A stretch of 64,000 nt of DNA, taken from Zootoca vivipara. Lineage: Eukaryota. The notes beneath the pieces are model-generated. The model did no database searches and was not told the DNA's origin. It saw only the letters and a program-made list of their open reading frames with translations. The translations under genes and the position numbers were made by a program. Below are positions 51,475-63,099 of the stretch, piece by piece. Position 1 is the first letter of the stretch; each line of letters opens with the position of its first letter. The stretch lies in assembly GCF_963506605.1 (NCBI RefSeq), contig NC_083284.1, positions 24,924,001 through 24,988,000 on the forward strand. Direction: 5' to 3'.

Positions 51475-52539
51475 TACCCAGTCCAAGGATCTCTGTCAAT
51501 AGTACATTTCACTTTCTTTTTTAATGTGATGAAGCAATGAAAATTCAACTCTAGCTGTAAACAGGATTGAACATGAGACAAATCAGCTGCAGGGAAAAGC
51601 CCTATTTGGGTATGTGATGAAAAACACCATCACACTTCTCCCCATTTATCCATCTATTGGGAGCTTTTCTGTAAAGGGATTCCCAAACACAAGAGAAGTC
51701 TATGCACTTTTAGCAGACTTCATCTTGACAAACAGCCAAAGGATGAACCGAATGGAGGTGGGAGCAGCGGAGGACACAGGGATGCAGACGGAACCAGCAC
51801 ACACAGCCCTGCTCCCACCCCCCATTCTTAGTGCTAAACAGCAAGTGGTTATTTACATGATATTTCAGAAATAGCCACCAGGGGGCCTCAATTAGATGGG
51901 GACACTGGCATGGAGGTATGGGGTTTTTAACCCTTTGCACCCTGCTGTAATATGGATTGGGACCCCTGGAGCTTCTATTTGCATGTGTGTATGTGGGCTG
52001 GAAATCTGACATTGAAGGTTCTAGGGACTTCAAATACCGGTAGCAGGTTTGGAAGGCCAAAAGGGTTCAAGCCTCCATAACCCACATGCCCAAGTCTGAT
52101 CTGGATCAGAGGTCCCGCACCAGCTTCTCCTGAAACAAAAATCCTGCACTCAGGGACAAACCATGTGTTAAATGTCATGTAGAGTTTGACCCTTAATTTT
52201 ATGGAAGGAATACTATCTGAATAACGCTAAAGTGTTGGGGTGGAGAGATCTTGTGCATGTACTTAGGTCTGAGCACTGTGGCGTTAGAGCGTTCTCTGTT
52301 GTTGTTTTTTATGGCAGCTTCCCTCCAAAGTTTATTTACTTATACAGAAATATTGCCTGCATTTTGAAAACACCAGCAGGGAGCAATGATGTTGGAAATA
52401 ACTGTTAATATGATGCAGCAATGCCATTAGTTTCCATTCCTCCCAAATACTGCTAGTCTTTTAGATGATACTGGATTGATATATTCTCACTAGGGCTGCT
52501 GGGTCATCAGTGGTGCGGAGTCGCATTTGCCTGCTTTGG

Positions 52540-52812
52540 GGAATATATGAAAAGAAAATTGCATCAAAATGCACATATTAGGGAAAATAATACACACAAA
52601 TGCATTATATAAAGGGAAAATATGCCTTGCAAAAATGTGCATATTCAACAAAATTGCATATTAGGATAATTCACGCTATAATGCTGATGAATTTTCATGC
52701 GGACTTTTATTTTTTAAAAAATGTCAGACTGATGTGAAAATGTGAAGAATGGAACTTGAGACAGTGAAAATGGGAAAAAAGAGAGAGAAATGGACAGATT
52801 TTCCCATCCCTA
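52540..52812 (+). mobile_element. TAGGGATG-type MITE, right half
   Basis: Ends gacagattttcccatcccta. Homologous to 55681-56191. Confidence 0.65.
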
Positions 52813-54447
52813 TTCCTGCATAGTTTATTTGGAGTCTGTTGTGCAGCACCATTTCAGCCTCGAAGTTCCCTTTTTAAATGCAGGTGATGTCCTGTATTTC
52901 CCAAACTGCAAACATCAATTCAAGTGGAGGCAGAGGAGGAAGGCAAACCTGAGTAGCCAAGCCTATAATTGCCTGTCTATAGGTTATGATTGTGTTATCA
53001 GAGCAAAAGGGCATAGCTCTGCACTTGTAATAAGCTGTGTGGCTACCAACAAAAATAAAATATCTAGCACAGCAGAAAATGCATCTGAGAAGATGGACAG
53101 CACATCTAGGAGGAAAAAGAAACAGGATCAATTTACAGCCACAAACCATCATCAGCCTGATCCTAGTGAAACAATTTCTTTTAATAGCAAAAAGAACCCA
53201 TTTAAGATTCAACTCTAATTTGATGGACATGACATTTCCATTAGATTGTAATGAATTAGACTTGAGAACCACTACCTTGTGCAGGGTCTAATTGAGCACC
53301 AATCAATCAGTCTTACTGAAATGTAATGTCATTATGAAATATAATAAAAAGCACTTGCTCTTTCAGAAAGGAAAGTAAACAATGAGACCAGGCATCTTGA
53401 TGTTGTGAAGGGCACATACTAATAAGCAATGCTTGACAATTCCGCGCTGTCATTATGTAAATCCCAGGAACAGAAGAGACTACAGGGTTTCACATCGCAA
53501 TGTTTTAAATTCCCTCTAGTGGCCCCTTAATGGCAGAATCCATGTGTGGAAAAGTGGCTTCTGAGATGGATATTGATAACATTTACACTGCTGTCATCCA
53601 TTCCTCCACACAACGGAGGATTTTATTTTTCACGAGAGATAATAACCAAATTATAACTTTTATCACCCTCCCTACAGTAAATGCACAAATGGGGACATAC
53701 AAGAAGATGCTGCAGCTTGGAGTGCTCTTCTTCAGTGTTGTTGCCAACCAGCCATTTTATCGATACTGATTTTCTATATTATTATTGCCCAGTTGAAATT
53801 TTCTTGAAGGCCGCTGGCTATGAGTAATTCTTAGCTACAGCAATACTAGCCACGAGTCGTGCTGCCACAGCTCATGTTCGGTCTCATTCTTGACAAATGG
53901 AAGACGTGCTGTCAGGGCCAGCCTATGGGGCTCAAGCCTGGGGCCTGCAGCCTTGGACTCCCCCTGCCCTGCACCCCCCAACTTCACCAAAGTGAAAGCA
54001 GTGGTGGCAGTAAGCATGTTAGGAAGTGCAGTGCTGCCATCCACTGCCATTGTAATAATTCATCATTTCGCTGAAGCAATGAGAGTAGCAGCCAGCTAAG
54101 CCTATTAAGATGTTGCTTTGGAGCCCATGAGGGCACCAAAGCAGCAAGGGGTGAGTTGAGCCAAGATGGCAGTGATGGCCAATGAGAAAGAGCCCCACTG
54201 GAAGATGCCCCGAGTGGGAGGCTCCCTCTGATCTGGCAGCAGTTCCGAGCACTGGGGCATCTTCAAAAATATTGGAATCTATTCTGTCTTTAGTGAACTA
54301 AGGTCGATGGCATGAGGAAAGGTGGAGCACAGATATTTTAAATTAATAAATGACTGTTTAACTTTTTATTTTAAAAATGTAGAATAAATAAATTTGTGTG
54401 CTTTATAGAGATTCACTGGTATAGGCCCTTTCACCTAGTATCTGGAG

Positions 54448-54872
54448 CATAGCTGCCAAGTCTCCCGTTTCCCCCGGGAAAACCCCTTTTTTCTTACCTT
54501 TTCCCGGTGGTCCCCTGTATCACTTCGTCTCCCGTTTTTCTCCATTATTTTCTCCTGTCGGCGGCCATTTTTTTTCTTTCCGATTTGCCCTTCTATGGGC
54601 ACCAAAAATGACCGCCGCCAGCTTCAAAAGTCACATAGACGTGACTTCCGGTGTTGGCGACGGCCATTTTGTTGCCCATAGATGGGCAAAGCGACACCGG
54701 AAGTTGCGTCGGCACACTTCCTGACATGCGTACAAGCGACTTTTGAAGCCAGTGCCGGCCATTTTGGGTGCCCATAGAAGGGCAAAGCAACACCGGAAGT
54801 TACATCGACGCAACTTCCGGTGTAAAATGGCTGCCGGACCCGGATTCTGCAGTCCGGAACTTGGAAGGTAAG
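54448..54872. mobile_element. CpG-rich hAT MITE with internal inverted repeats
   Basis: TIRs catagctgccaagt / acttggaaggtaag. TSD atctggag (54440-54447) / gtctggag (54873-54880). Confidence 0.8.
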
Positions 54873-54982
54873 GTCTGGAGAGTGTAGTCAGTCGTAGCTG
54901 AAACAGTGTGGAAAATGTGAAGGAGGTGTCATGAAAGACAATTAAAAAGTCTAGGCCTCATCAATAGAACCATTATTTCTAA

Positions 54983-55295
54983 GACCCCATCTACATTATA
55001 ACTTTAAGGCAGCATCATAACATTTCAGTCATTCTTCCTTCCCAGTGCTGGGAAATGTAGTTTTATTAAGGGTGCTGAGAATTGTAAGAAGACTCCTATT
55101 CACAGAGGTTCCTGCGAAGAGGGATTGAGAATTAAGCCACTCTGAGAATTATAGCTCTGTTCTATAAGGGATTTTCAGCACCCTTAACAAACTGCAGATT
55201 TGGATTCTTTGGGAGGAGCTTTGGATTCTTTGGGAGGAGCCACGACTGCTTAGAGAGATATGATACTGCTTTAAAGGTATAGTACAGGTAGGGTC
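54983..55295. mobile_element. Palindromic (foldback) MITE
   Basis: gaccccatctacattata / tatagtacaggtagggtc ends with internal inverted arms (taagggtgctgaga / tcagcacccttaa). Related copies at 56969-57296 and 44660-44780. Confidence 0.7.
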
Positions 55296-55454
55296 CAAGT
55301 CACAGGAAAGAATAGCTCCATTTTATTCTGTACTTGCCGGGCACCTGGAATGTGCTGCACTTTATGATGGATATAGACAAACAGGAGAGCAATGGAGATG
55401 GTCAGTGGTATGAAAAATATGTTCTGCAAGGGAAATGTTGATGGAACTGGCTGC

Positions 55455-56280
55455 ATTTAGCCAGGGAACAGAAGATGGAGAGGGAGCAATATACAGCACT
55501 CTTCAAAATACCTGAAGGGTTGTCACATAGGGAATCAAGGACTTGTGCTCTGCCGTTCCAGAAGGCAAGACAAGAGCTAATGTGCTGAGGTTGCAGAAGA
55601 ACAGATTTCAGTTCTTTGTTATAAAACAGGTTGACAACAGGACCAATTATCTAGAGGGGTGTTGGGCTCTCCCTTACAGATAGAGATGGGGAAGAAATTT
55701 GATTCAGTTTGCATTTAAAGGTGAACTGACCTAATTTGCACATTCCAGAAAAAAATGTGTCATGTGAAGCACAAGCATATTTCAAAATTTGCACTTCTCT
55801 GAATTTTGCAATGCTTAGGTCTCTAACCAAGGAATTTGTACACAAATGCATTTAATAGGGTGAAGTGTGCATAATGTTATGCTTTTATATTGTTGTAAAC
55901 GGCTGTGATATATTTTTTACGATATAGTAGTTTATAATTTTTTTAAATAAAAAAATTAAAATGAATAGTGGAAATAACACAAAATCCATTCTTTTAGGAG
56001 GAATTGCTTTGCAAAACTATCTATATTAGGCAAAATGGCATAGAAAACTATATGTACAAAAGTGCTGGTGAACTTTCATGAGGACTTTTAAAAAAATGCA
56101 TATTTATGTGGGAATGCGGAGAACTGAATTTAAGATTGAAAAAATGAAAAGCTCAAGAGAGAAACTGAAACTGACAGATTTCCACATCCTTTTCTGTTGG
56201 GGGTGCTCTAACTCTAGATTTCCTGAATCAAGCAAGTGGTGGAACTAGATGGCCAGAAGACCCCCTACAACTCTGATTCT
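55455..56280 (+). mobile_element. CR1 3' fragment interrupted by a TAGGGATG-type MITE (55681-56191)
   Basis: ttcaaaatacctgaagggttgtcaca...gttgggctctccctta before the insert; cctgaatcaagcaagtggtggaactagatggcc...caactctgattct after it. Confidence 0.65.
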
Positions 56281-56968
56281 TCACTTATATTTTAGGACAT
56301 TAAAAGAGGGAGATTAAACCTTGTGGTTTAAATTCCACTATTGAAAACTAGAAACTTAATCCAAAATTAATTTTATTGTATAATATAGTAGCTCCTTGGC
56401 TGATAATCTGCTGCCACCAGTAAGAAGAATTTAGTGTGTGAGTGAACTTGCCGTAAGCAATGCAAGCAAATGAGATTAGTCCTTGCCTCATTGCTCATAA
56501 ATGGTCCCCATAAAAGCAACTGAGTACCTGCCCTTTCCCGTGTTTGAGATGCAGTAACAGATGTGGAGAAGCACTATGTTCTGAATGCTGCTGTGTCCAA
56601 TTTGGAGCGGACATCCAAAGTATGTGGCTGAGAACTGGCCTCTGGAAAGTGTTGGCTGATGATCTGTTGGAGTGTACATTACAACCATGGGGGACAGGAA
56701 TTCGTTGTCTTGATCACAGACAGTAACTGTTTAAATGCTCAGATCTGATTTTTCTTTTCTTTTTCCTGCCATTCCACCCTGCTAGCATGATATACATGGC
56801 TCACTCCACCACCACCCACCCACACCTTGCTCTGAGGCAGTTTTTGAACCTGGTTCTTCTCAGTTTTATTCCAACACTCTCTAAACAAGACAGCACACTA
56901 GTTCTTTCTTCTCACTGTCTCATTCACAGCAGCAGATATCCCCAAGTTTCACGGGGTTTCACACTAAA

Positions 56969-57296
56969 GCCCCATCTGCACTAAGCATTTAAAGCAATTT
57001 TCATAGCGCCTTAAGCAGTCATGGCTTCCTCAAAATAATCCTGGGAACTGTAGTTTATTAAGGGTGCTGAAAGTTGTTAGGAGACCCCTATTTCCCTCAC
57101 TGCGGGAGGCAGTGGAAGACAGGAGTGCCAGGCATGCTCTGGTCCATGGGGTCATGGAGAGTTGGACACGACTAAACAACAACAACAACATTCACCTCAC
57201 AGAGCTATAATTCTCAGAGTGGTTTAATGACCAATCTCTGTGAGGGGAATAAGGGTCTCCTAACAACTCTCACCACCCTTACCAAATTGCAGCCTT
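56969..57296. mobile_element. Palindromic MITE (family of 54983-55295) carrying a nested BovB 3' end
   Basis: aagggtgctgaaagttgttaggagacccctatt...aataagggtctcctaacaactctcaccaccctt inverted arms. Confidence 0.72.
57101..57189 (+). mobile_element. RTE-BovB 3' terminus with (AAC)n tail
   Basis: gacaggagtgccaggcatgctctggtccatggggtcatggagagttggacacgactaaac resembles the BovB 3' end (GACAGGGAGGCCTGGCGTGCTGC..TCCATGGGGTCGCAAAGAGTCGGACACGACT). TSD atttccctcac/attcacctcac. Confidence 0.8.
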
Positions 57297-57534
57297 CAGG
57301 ACCAACCCAATATGTTTTGCTGCCTAAGGCAGAAGACAAAATGGCACCACCACCAGTCCAGGGACAGTAGTTGAAAATCACATTGACACTGGCGATAAGA
57401 CCACTGTGTAGCATGCTAATTTAGCAGGCTGTCTTCCAGTAGAGGAGACCAGCTGGTGGGAGCAAGGCTGCCACTCTTGTGCATATGCTACCTGAGGAAA
57501 CTGCCACCTCTGCCTAATAATAGGGCAGGCCCTG
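57297..57534. mobile_element. CAGGGCCGGCCC-type MITE
   Basis: caggaccaacccaatatgttttgctgcctaaggc...aatagggcaggccctg. Homologous to 5765-6079. Confidence 0.6.
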
Positions 57535-58592
57535 CAAGCAAGTGCCCTTATACATACAATGACCAACCCCACCTCAACTTCCCATTGACCTCCTTTGACA
57601 TTAATATGGCTGTTTCACCTGTGCTATGGAAACGGATGTTTGCAGCATACCAGACTTCTCTCCTAGCTGGTCCTGTCTTGTTTCTCCACTCAAGCTGCAA
57701 GCACCATAATTCACCATAAGCTTGGCAAATGTGGATGTATGGACAACGACAAGGAAAGATAGAAATAAAATGGAAGTAGAAAGTGGCAAGTTATTGGTGT
57801 TTTTCTGGGGAGGGTTCAGCCTGTTAAAGGCCCGTTGTTAAGGAGAAACATAACATAAGGGGGAAAGAATCATGTTTGGTGACAGCAGCAGCAAGTGCCT
57901 ATAGCAAGCATCATATTATTTGTTGTTTGGAGCCAGAAGACAGATCTCAGGACTTACAACAAAGCTCTTCTAACAAAATGTTTGCTGACCTCCTCAAAGC
58001 ACTGGAGCTTTTCTGAGCAAAGAATATAGCAATTGACTTGAGTATACCATTTGTGTGTGAAGGAAGGAATGCCAACTTCTTAGGAGCAGCAAGAAATGCT
58101 CATCTTTTGCAATACTCAGTGGCAGATTTATGGTCTACAGGGCCATGTGTCCTGCCCTTTTGGGGGGCCCTATCCATTCACCTAAATCAACATAACTATG
58201 TCAGAAAATATGATGCAGTGAAATGCAACAGTCAATAACATTGGTTATCTTTTTTACTATTGTATTATTAAACAGTGCTTTTGTTTCTATGTGGCATAGA
58301 GAGAGGTAAAAATAAAATGCTTCTCTTCATCTGAAATTAACTTTATTTAAGGACTAAAATGAATGCAAATTCAAAGCTTATTATTAAATATTCATAATGC
58401 TCATAAAATGCATACGTTCCCCCACCAACATTTCTTTTGCACAAAATTGTTGATTAATTTGATACAATTTAAAACTTCAATGTAGAACTTCCAGTCACTA
58501 AAATTTCTGAGCTCATTAAATGCTTTTGGGATACCATAGAACGCAAGTAATTCTTGACTCTTTTAAGGTTGTTGAATAGTCATTCACCATAG

Positions 58593-60514
58593 TACATCGA
58601 ATGCTTCCGCCACAGAATCCAAACGGATGTGACCAGAAAACACCATCGCTTACTACAAAATCTAAACCATGCTGAAAGGAGAGCCATAGAAAATCTCAGG
58701 AACAACCCAGACATTATAATTAAAGAGGCAGACAAGGGTGGAGCTGTCGTCATCATGAACAAAACTGATTACATCCAGGAAGCCCACAGACAACTTTCCA
58801 ATACTGCCTTTTACATGAAATTGGACTCAGACCCCACACAAGCATACAAAAAAGAACTGAACAAGATTATTAAGGAGCTACCCCTACACATCCAAGAACA
58901 GATCCTCACAAACACACCAGCGGAACCTCGGCCAGGAACTTTCTATCTTCTACCCAAAATACACAAACCAGGAAACCCAGGATGCCCCATCATCTCAGGT
59001 ATTGGCACCATTACAGTGGGTGTTTCCGGCTATATGGACTCTGTTCTGAAACCATATGCTATCAGTGCTCCCAGCTACGTACGTGACACCACAGATTTTC
59101 TGAGGAAAATACAATATTTGAACAATCTTCCTAACAATACTATACTAGCCACTATGGATGTGGAATCTCTATATACCAACATCCCACACAATGATGGTTT
59201 ACAAGCCATAAGGAACACCATTTCAGATAAAACCACAGCGGACTTTGCTACCAAACTCTGCCACTTTGTCCTTACCCACAACCACTTCAAATTTGGTGAT
59301 GACCTGTTCCTCCAGATCAGCGGCACAGCCATGGGCACCCGCATGGCCCCACAGTATGCCAACATCTTCATGGCAGATTTAGAACAACGTTTCCTTAACT
59401 CCTACCCACTCAAACCTCTCCTGTACCTGCGATACATTGACGATATTTTTATTATCTGGACACATGGACAACAGACCCTAGAAACCTTCCACCAGACATT
59501 CAATGACTTTCACCCCACCATCAACCTAACAATGAACCAATCTATGCAAGAAATACATTTTTTGGACACTACTATAAAAATACAGGATGGACATATAGAC
59601 ACCACCTTATACAGAAAACCAACTGACCGACAAACATATCTACATGCTTCTAGCTACCATCCCAAACATACCAAACAATCCATCGTATACAGCCAGGCCT
59701 TACGTTACAACCGCATCTGTTCCAACTCTACAGACAGAGAATCTCACCTAAGAGATCTACAGCAAACCTTTTTAGAACTAAAATATCCCCTGATGAAGTT
59801 AAACAACAGATCAACAGAGCCAGACAGATACCTAGAGAGAACCTGCTGCAAGACAGACCCAAAAAAGAAAATAACAGAACACCACTAGTCATCACATACA
59901 GCTCCCAAGCTAAAACAGTACAACGCATCATCAGAGATCTACAGCCTCTCCTGGACAATGACAGCTCCCTTTCTCAAGCTCTGGGAGGAAGACCTTTCAT
60001 TGCCTACAGACAGCCACCCAATCTTAAACAACTCCTCACCCACAATAATACAACCACCAGACTTAACATGGACACTGGTACCAGAGCCTGCAATAAACCC
60101 AGATGCCAACTTTGCTGCCACATACACCCAGACAACACCATTACTGGCCCCAACAACATCCAACATACCATCTCAGGACTATTTAATTGCTCATCTTCTA
60201 ACATTGTGTATGCCATCAAATGCCAACAGTGCCCTTCAGCTCTCTATATTGGACAAACAGGCCAAACCCTACGCCAAAGGATAAATGGACATAAATCTGA
60301 CATCAGGAACCAGAAGACAGAAAAACCAGTAGGAGAACACTTCAATCTCCCAGGACATTCTATACAAGATCTCAAAGTAGCTGTCTTACTACAAAAGAAT
60401 TTCAGAAATAGACTGGAAAGAGAAGTTGCTGAATTGCAACTTATCACCAAGCTCAAAACCATGGAGGGACCTGGTTTGAACAGAGATATCGGATTCTTAT
60501 CTCATTATACATGA
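58593..60514 (+). pseudogene. Penelope RT-GIY-YIG polyprotein, N-terminally truncated, single 1-nt frameshift at 59787-59790
   Basis: ADKGG motif, FYLLPKIHK, MDVESLYTNIP, QISGTAMGTRMAPQYAN, YIDDIF, YRKPT. After the shift the frame reads PDEVKQQINRAR...AYRQPPNLKQLL without stops into CNKPRCQLC (Zn-finger-like linker) and IVYAIKC..C...LYIGQTGQTLRQRINGH..EHF..E (GIY-YIG). Stop at 60512-60514. Confidence 0.93.
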
Positions 60515-60701
60515 TAAGCGATCTTCAGCCATCTCAACCCTTGCTTTTTCATGCAAAACCATTTGCAGTCGTTTGCGGTCATCAACAGCTATCAGTCAGT
60601 CAATCACCCATTTCCACCACCCTTCTGAGTGATCCCCCCTCCCCATCCCCACCCCTCCCCACCCCTTCTCTACATAAGTGCCTGGAAACTTCCATTTCAC
60701 T

Positions 60702-60739
60702 GTATCTGAAGAAGTGTGCATGCACACGAAAGCTCATAC
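60702..60739 (+). ncRNA. Minimal type-I hammerhead ribozyme in the Penelope pseudo-LTR
   Basis: Stem I GTAT (60702-05) / ATAC (60736-39). Core CTGAAGA at 60706-12 (+1 extra A). Stem II GTGTG-CATG-CACAC at 60714-27. GAAA at 60728-31. Palindromic AGCT helix III. Predicted UC cleavage after 60735. Confidence 0.82.
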
Positions 60740-60949
60740 CAAAATAAAAACTTAGTTGGTCTTTAAGGTGCTACTGAAGGAATTTTTTTTATTTTAGTCA
60801 TTCACCAGTTGCATTTGATATGGGTAATATTTTTTAAAATTAAGAATTTGGAAACGTTTCACTCAAATCACCAATAATGTGCTTACAAAGTGTGGTGGGG
60901 GACTTCAATGATATAAAGTCCACTTGCCCTTATTTACCAAGAGTGAATT

Positions 60950-61040
60950 CCCCTGCCTGAAACCCTGGAGAGCTGTGGCCAGCTACTATAAGCTAGGTAG
61001 AGCAGTGGTCTGATTCAGTATAAGGCACCTTCTTGTGTAA
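60950..61040 (+). mobile_element. Squam3-like SINE 3' part
   Basis: ccctgcctgaaaccctggagagctg...gtggtctgattcagtataaggcaccttc. Confidence 0.6.
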
Positions 61041-61121
61041 CTTTGTTTCAGGTATGCCTCACTGCAGTTTTTCAAAGAATTCTTCAAGTTGCACCCCCCT
61101 TACTCAGATCCCTAGAAAATA

Positions 61122-61240
61122 AGGGTGGCATTAAATGCCAGTCTTACTCAGAGTAGACCCATCAAAGTAAATCAACATGATTTTAGGTTCATTAATGTTA
61201 ATGCGTGTACATCGAGCAGGTCTTAGCTGAATAGAACCCT
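61122..61240. mobile_element. Short hairpin MITE
   Basis: agggtggcatt..actcagagtagacccat / ...gctgaatagaaccct inverted arms. Related copy nested at ~32427-32522. Confidence 0.55.
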
Positions 61241-61699
61241 ACATTTTTGAGTTGGGTGAGGGACAGAGATGTATCAGCTCTGCTACCCCAACACAATACA
61301 GGAGAAGACAAAACAGACTAAACATTGCAGAGTAAATGAATACACTGTATAGTAGGCAGAGAGAAGACCGTCCAGCAATGTGTAATGGAATTGTTTTGTG
61401 CCCAGGCAGTGAGCCTTGGTGTGCGCGCATAGGAATGTAACAAGTACACATGTGTGTCCCTATTTTTCATCTGTGAAATATTAAGTGGTATGGGAGTTGG
61501 AGATGGTTTGGGTTAAGGATGCACATGTTCTACATATGGATCCATGTGATCTTTTTCAGCTTCACATTTCTTGCATACTTTTAGTGATGGGGATCTACAC
61601 CATGAAGCTGGGCTGTGGGAGAAAGCTTGATCCTTACTACAAAATAGGAATTCAACAAAGATTTTTTTTAAAAAAAGAATACAAAACAAAGAATTCATA

Positions 61700-62205
61700 A
61701 GGGGGTAGACATAGTTAAGTGGTCCAGCACCCTCTTTGTATGCAGTTCAATTCCCAGTATCTCCAGGTAGGACCAGCAGGGGCTGATTTAGGGCAGCTTG
61801 AGTGGGGAGGTCACACCTGTCACACAGCCAAAAAGGATGCCTTCCCAAAGCCCGGTAAGCTCTTGCCTGGCTTCAGAAAGGAGGCATGGGAGTGCTAGAG
61901 TCTTCCTGGATCCTTCTCACAGCTGGGCAAGTGCTTACTAGGCTTTGGGAAGGTGGTAGGAGGGCTCCAGGACCCTGGCAGAACCTTGCACCTCCTTCCC
62001 AAAGCCCTGCTTAAGCTGGTGCCATGAGGGTTGGTGGGAGCATTTGAAATGTTGGCCTCAGACTGGGCAGCATTTTAACAAGGTCAGAGTTGGGGGCTAG
62101 GAAAGAGTTTTGGCTGAAACCCTGGAGATCTGCTACCAATCAGCTGATAAAATACTGAACAGATGAACCAATGGTCTGACTCAGTATCAGCTTCCCGTGT
62201 TCTTA
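61700..62205 (+). mobile_element. Squam3-like SINE interrupted by a ~320-bp GC-rich insertion (~61775-62095)
   Basis: tRNA-like head (agttcaattcccagtatctccaggtagg) and tail (ctgaaaccctggagatctgctacc...aatggtctgactcagtatcagcttcc) separated by unrelated sequence. Confidence 0.55.
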
Positions 62206-63099
62206 TAATGGGAAGGAGTCAAATGATTGTGCCATTTCTTATGTGACCTGGACCTAACATTATTGAAATATCAATTTCATGATATGCCTCTTCCAACAAT
62301 TAGAATATATTTATGTTGTAAGTTGTACATTTTATGTCAAGCCATGATCCCCAAATCTGTTGGACCACTCCAATGATCATGGTAACAGGAATCTCTAGTG
62401 TGTTATAGCAATGTATAATCAATCAGAGCAAAGATTTTTAGCAAAGTGTTACTTCTAAGTGGAAATAACTCCCACAGTCAATTAAATACACCCTGTGTCT
62501 GGGTTACTGAGATTCATTTAAGCAACACAATAATTTTACATTGCCTTCCCCTGCCTCTCCAGATGAATAAGCTACACATATTTGTTCATAAAAATACTTT
62601 CAAAGAGACCACAAATATGTTAAAAATGGTAATATGATAAATACAAATGTACTCTTACTAAGCAATTTTTAAAATCACAAACGAGTTCATTGTCAGATCT
62701 ACTACAGTTCTAGCAATTTTAATTAGTAACACCAACATAAACAACATTTTGTAACACTATCAAAGTATTCTTTTTGGCAATTACATTTTGCTTGTAATCC
62801 TATTAAGAACCTCAGTTCACGCGAACATGTATCAACATTAGACAGTTGAGCAACAGCGGAGTAGACATCTAGATATGGAGTCTTTCTTTATGTGTAATGT
62901 TCCATTTCTGGATCTTTTTTGCTGTTGTGTTCTAAATCCCTCTATTGTAGTTAGAATCGTCTTTCTAAAGTTCTTACATAATAATTGTTTTATTCCCAAC
63001 ACCTCAAAGAAGGCTTCTCCAATGATTATGCTGGCTTTGGCTGGTGGGAGTTGTAGCATTAGCAGGCACCAGAGCACCAGAGGCAGGGTGACATTGTTC

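Larger units (their letters stand above)
58590..60794 (+). mobile_element. Penelope-like retroelement (Neptune-type), 5'-truncated, with 3' pseudo-LTR region
   Basis: RT plus GIY-YIG ORF and a 3' hammerhead. Perfect 13-bp TSD tagtcattcacca at 58577-58589 and 60795-60807. Confidence 0.95.

Noticed and set aside
59770-59800. Programmed -1 frameshift between Penelope RT and endonuclease
   Set aside because: No X XXY YYZ slippery heptamer in frame, and Penelope elements encode a single ORF. A 1-bp deletion or homopolymer error in CCCC is the simpler explanation.
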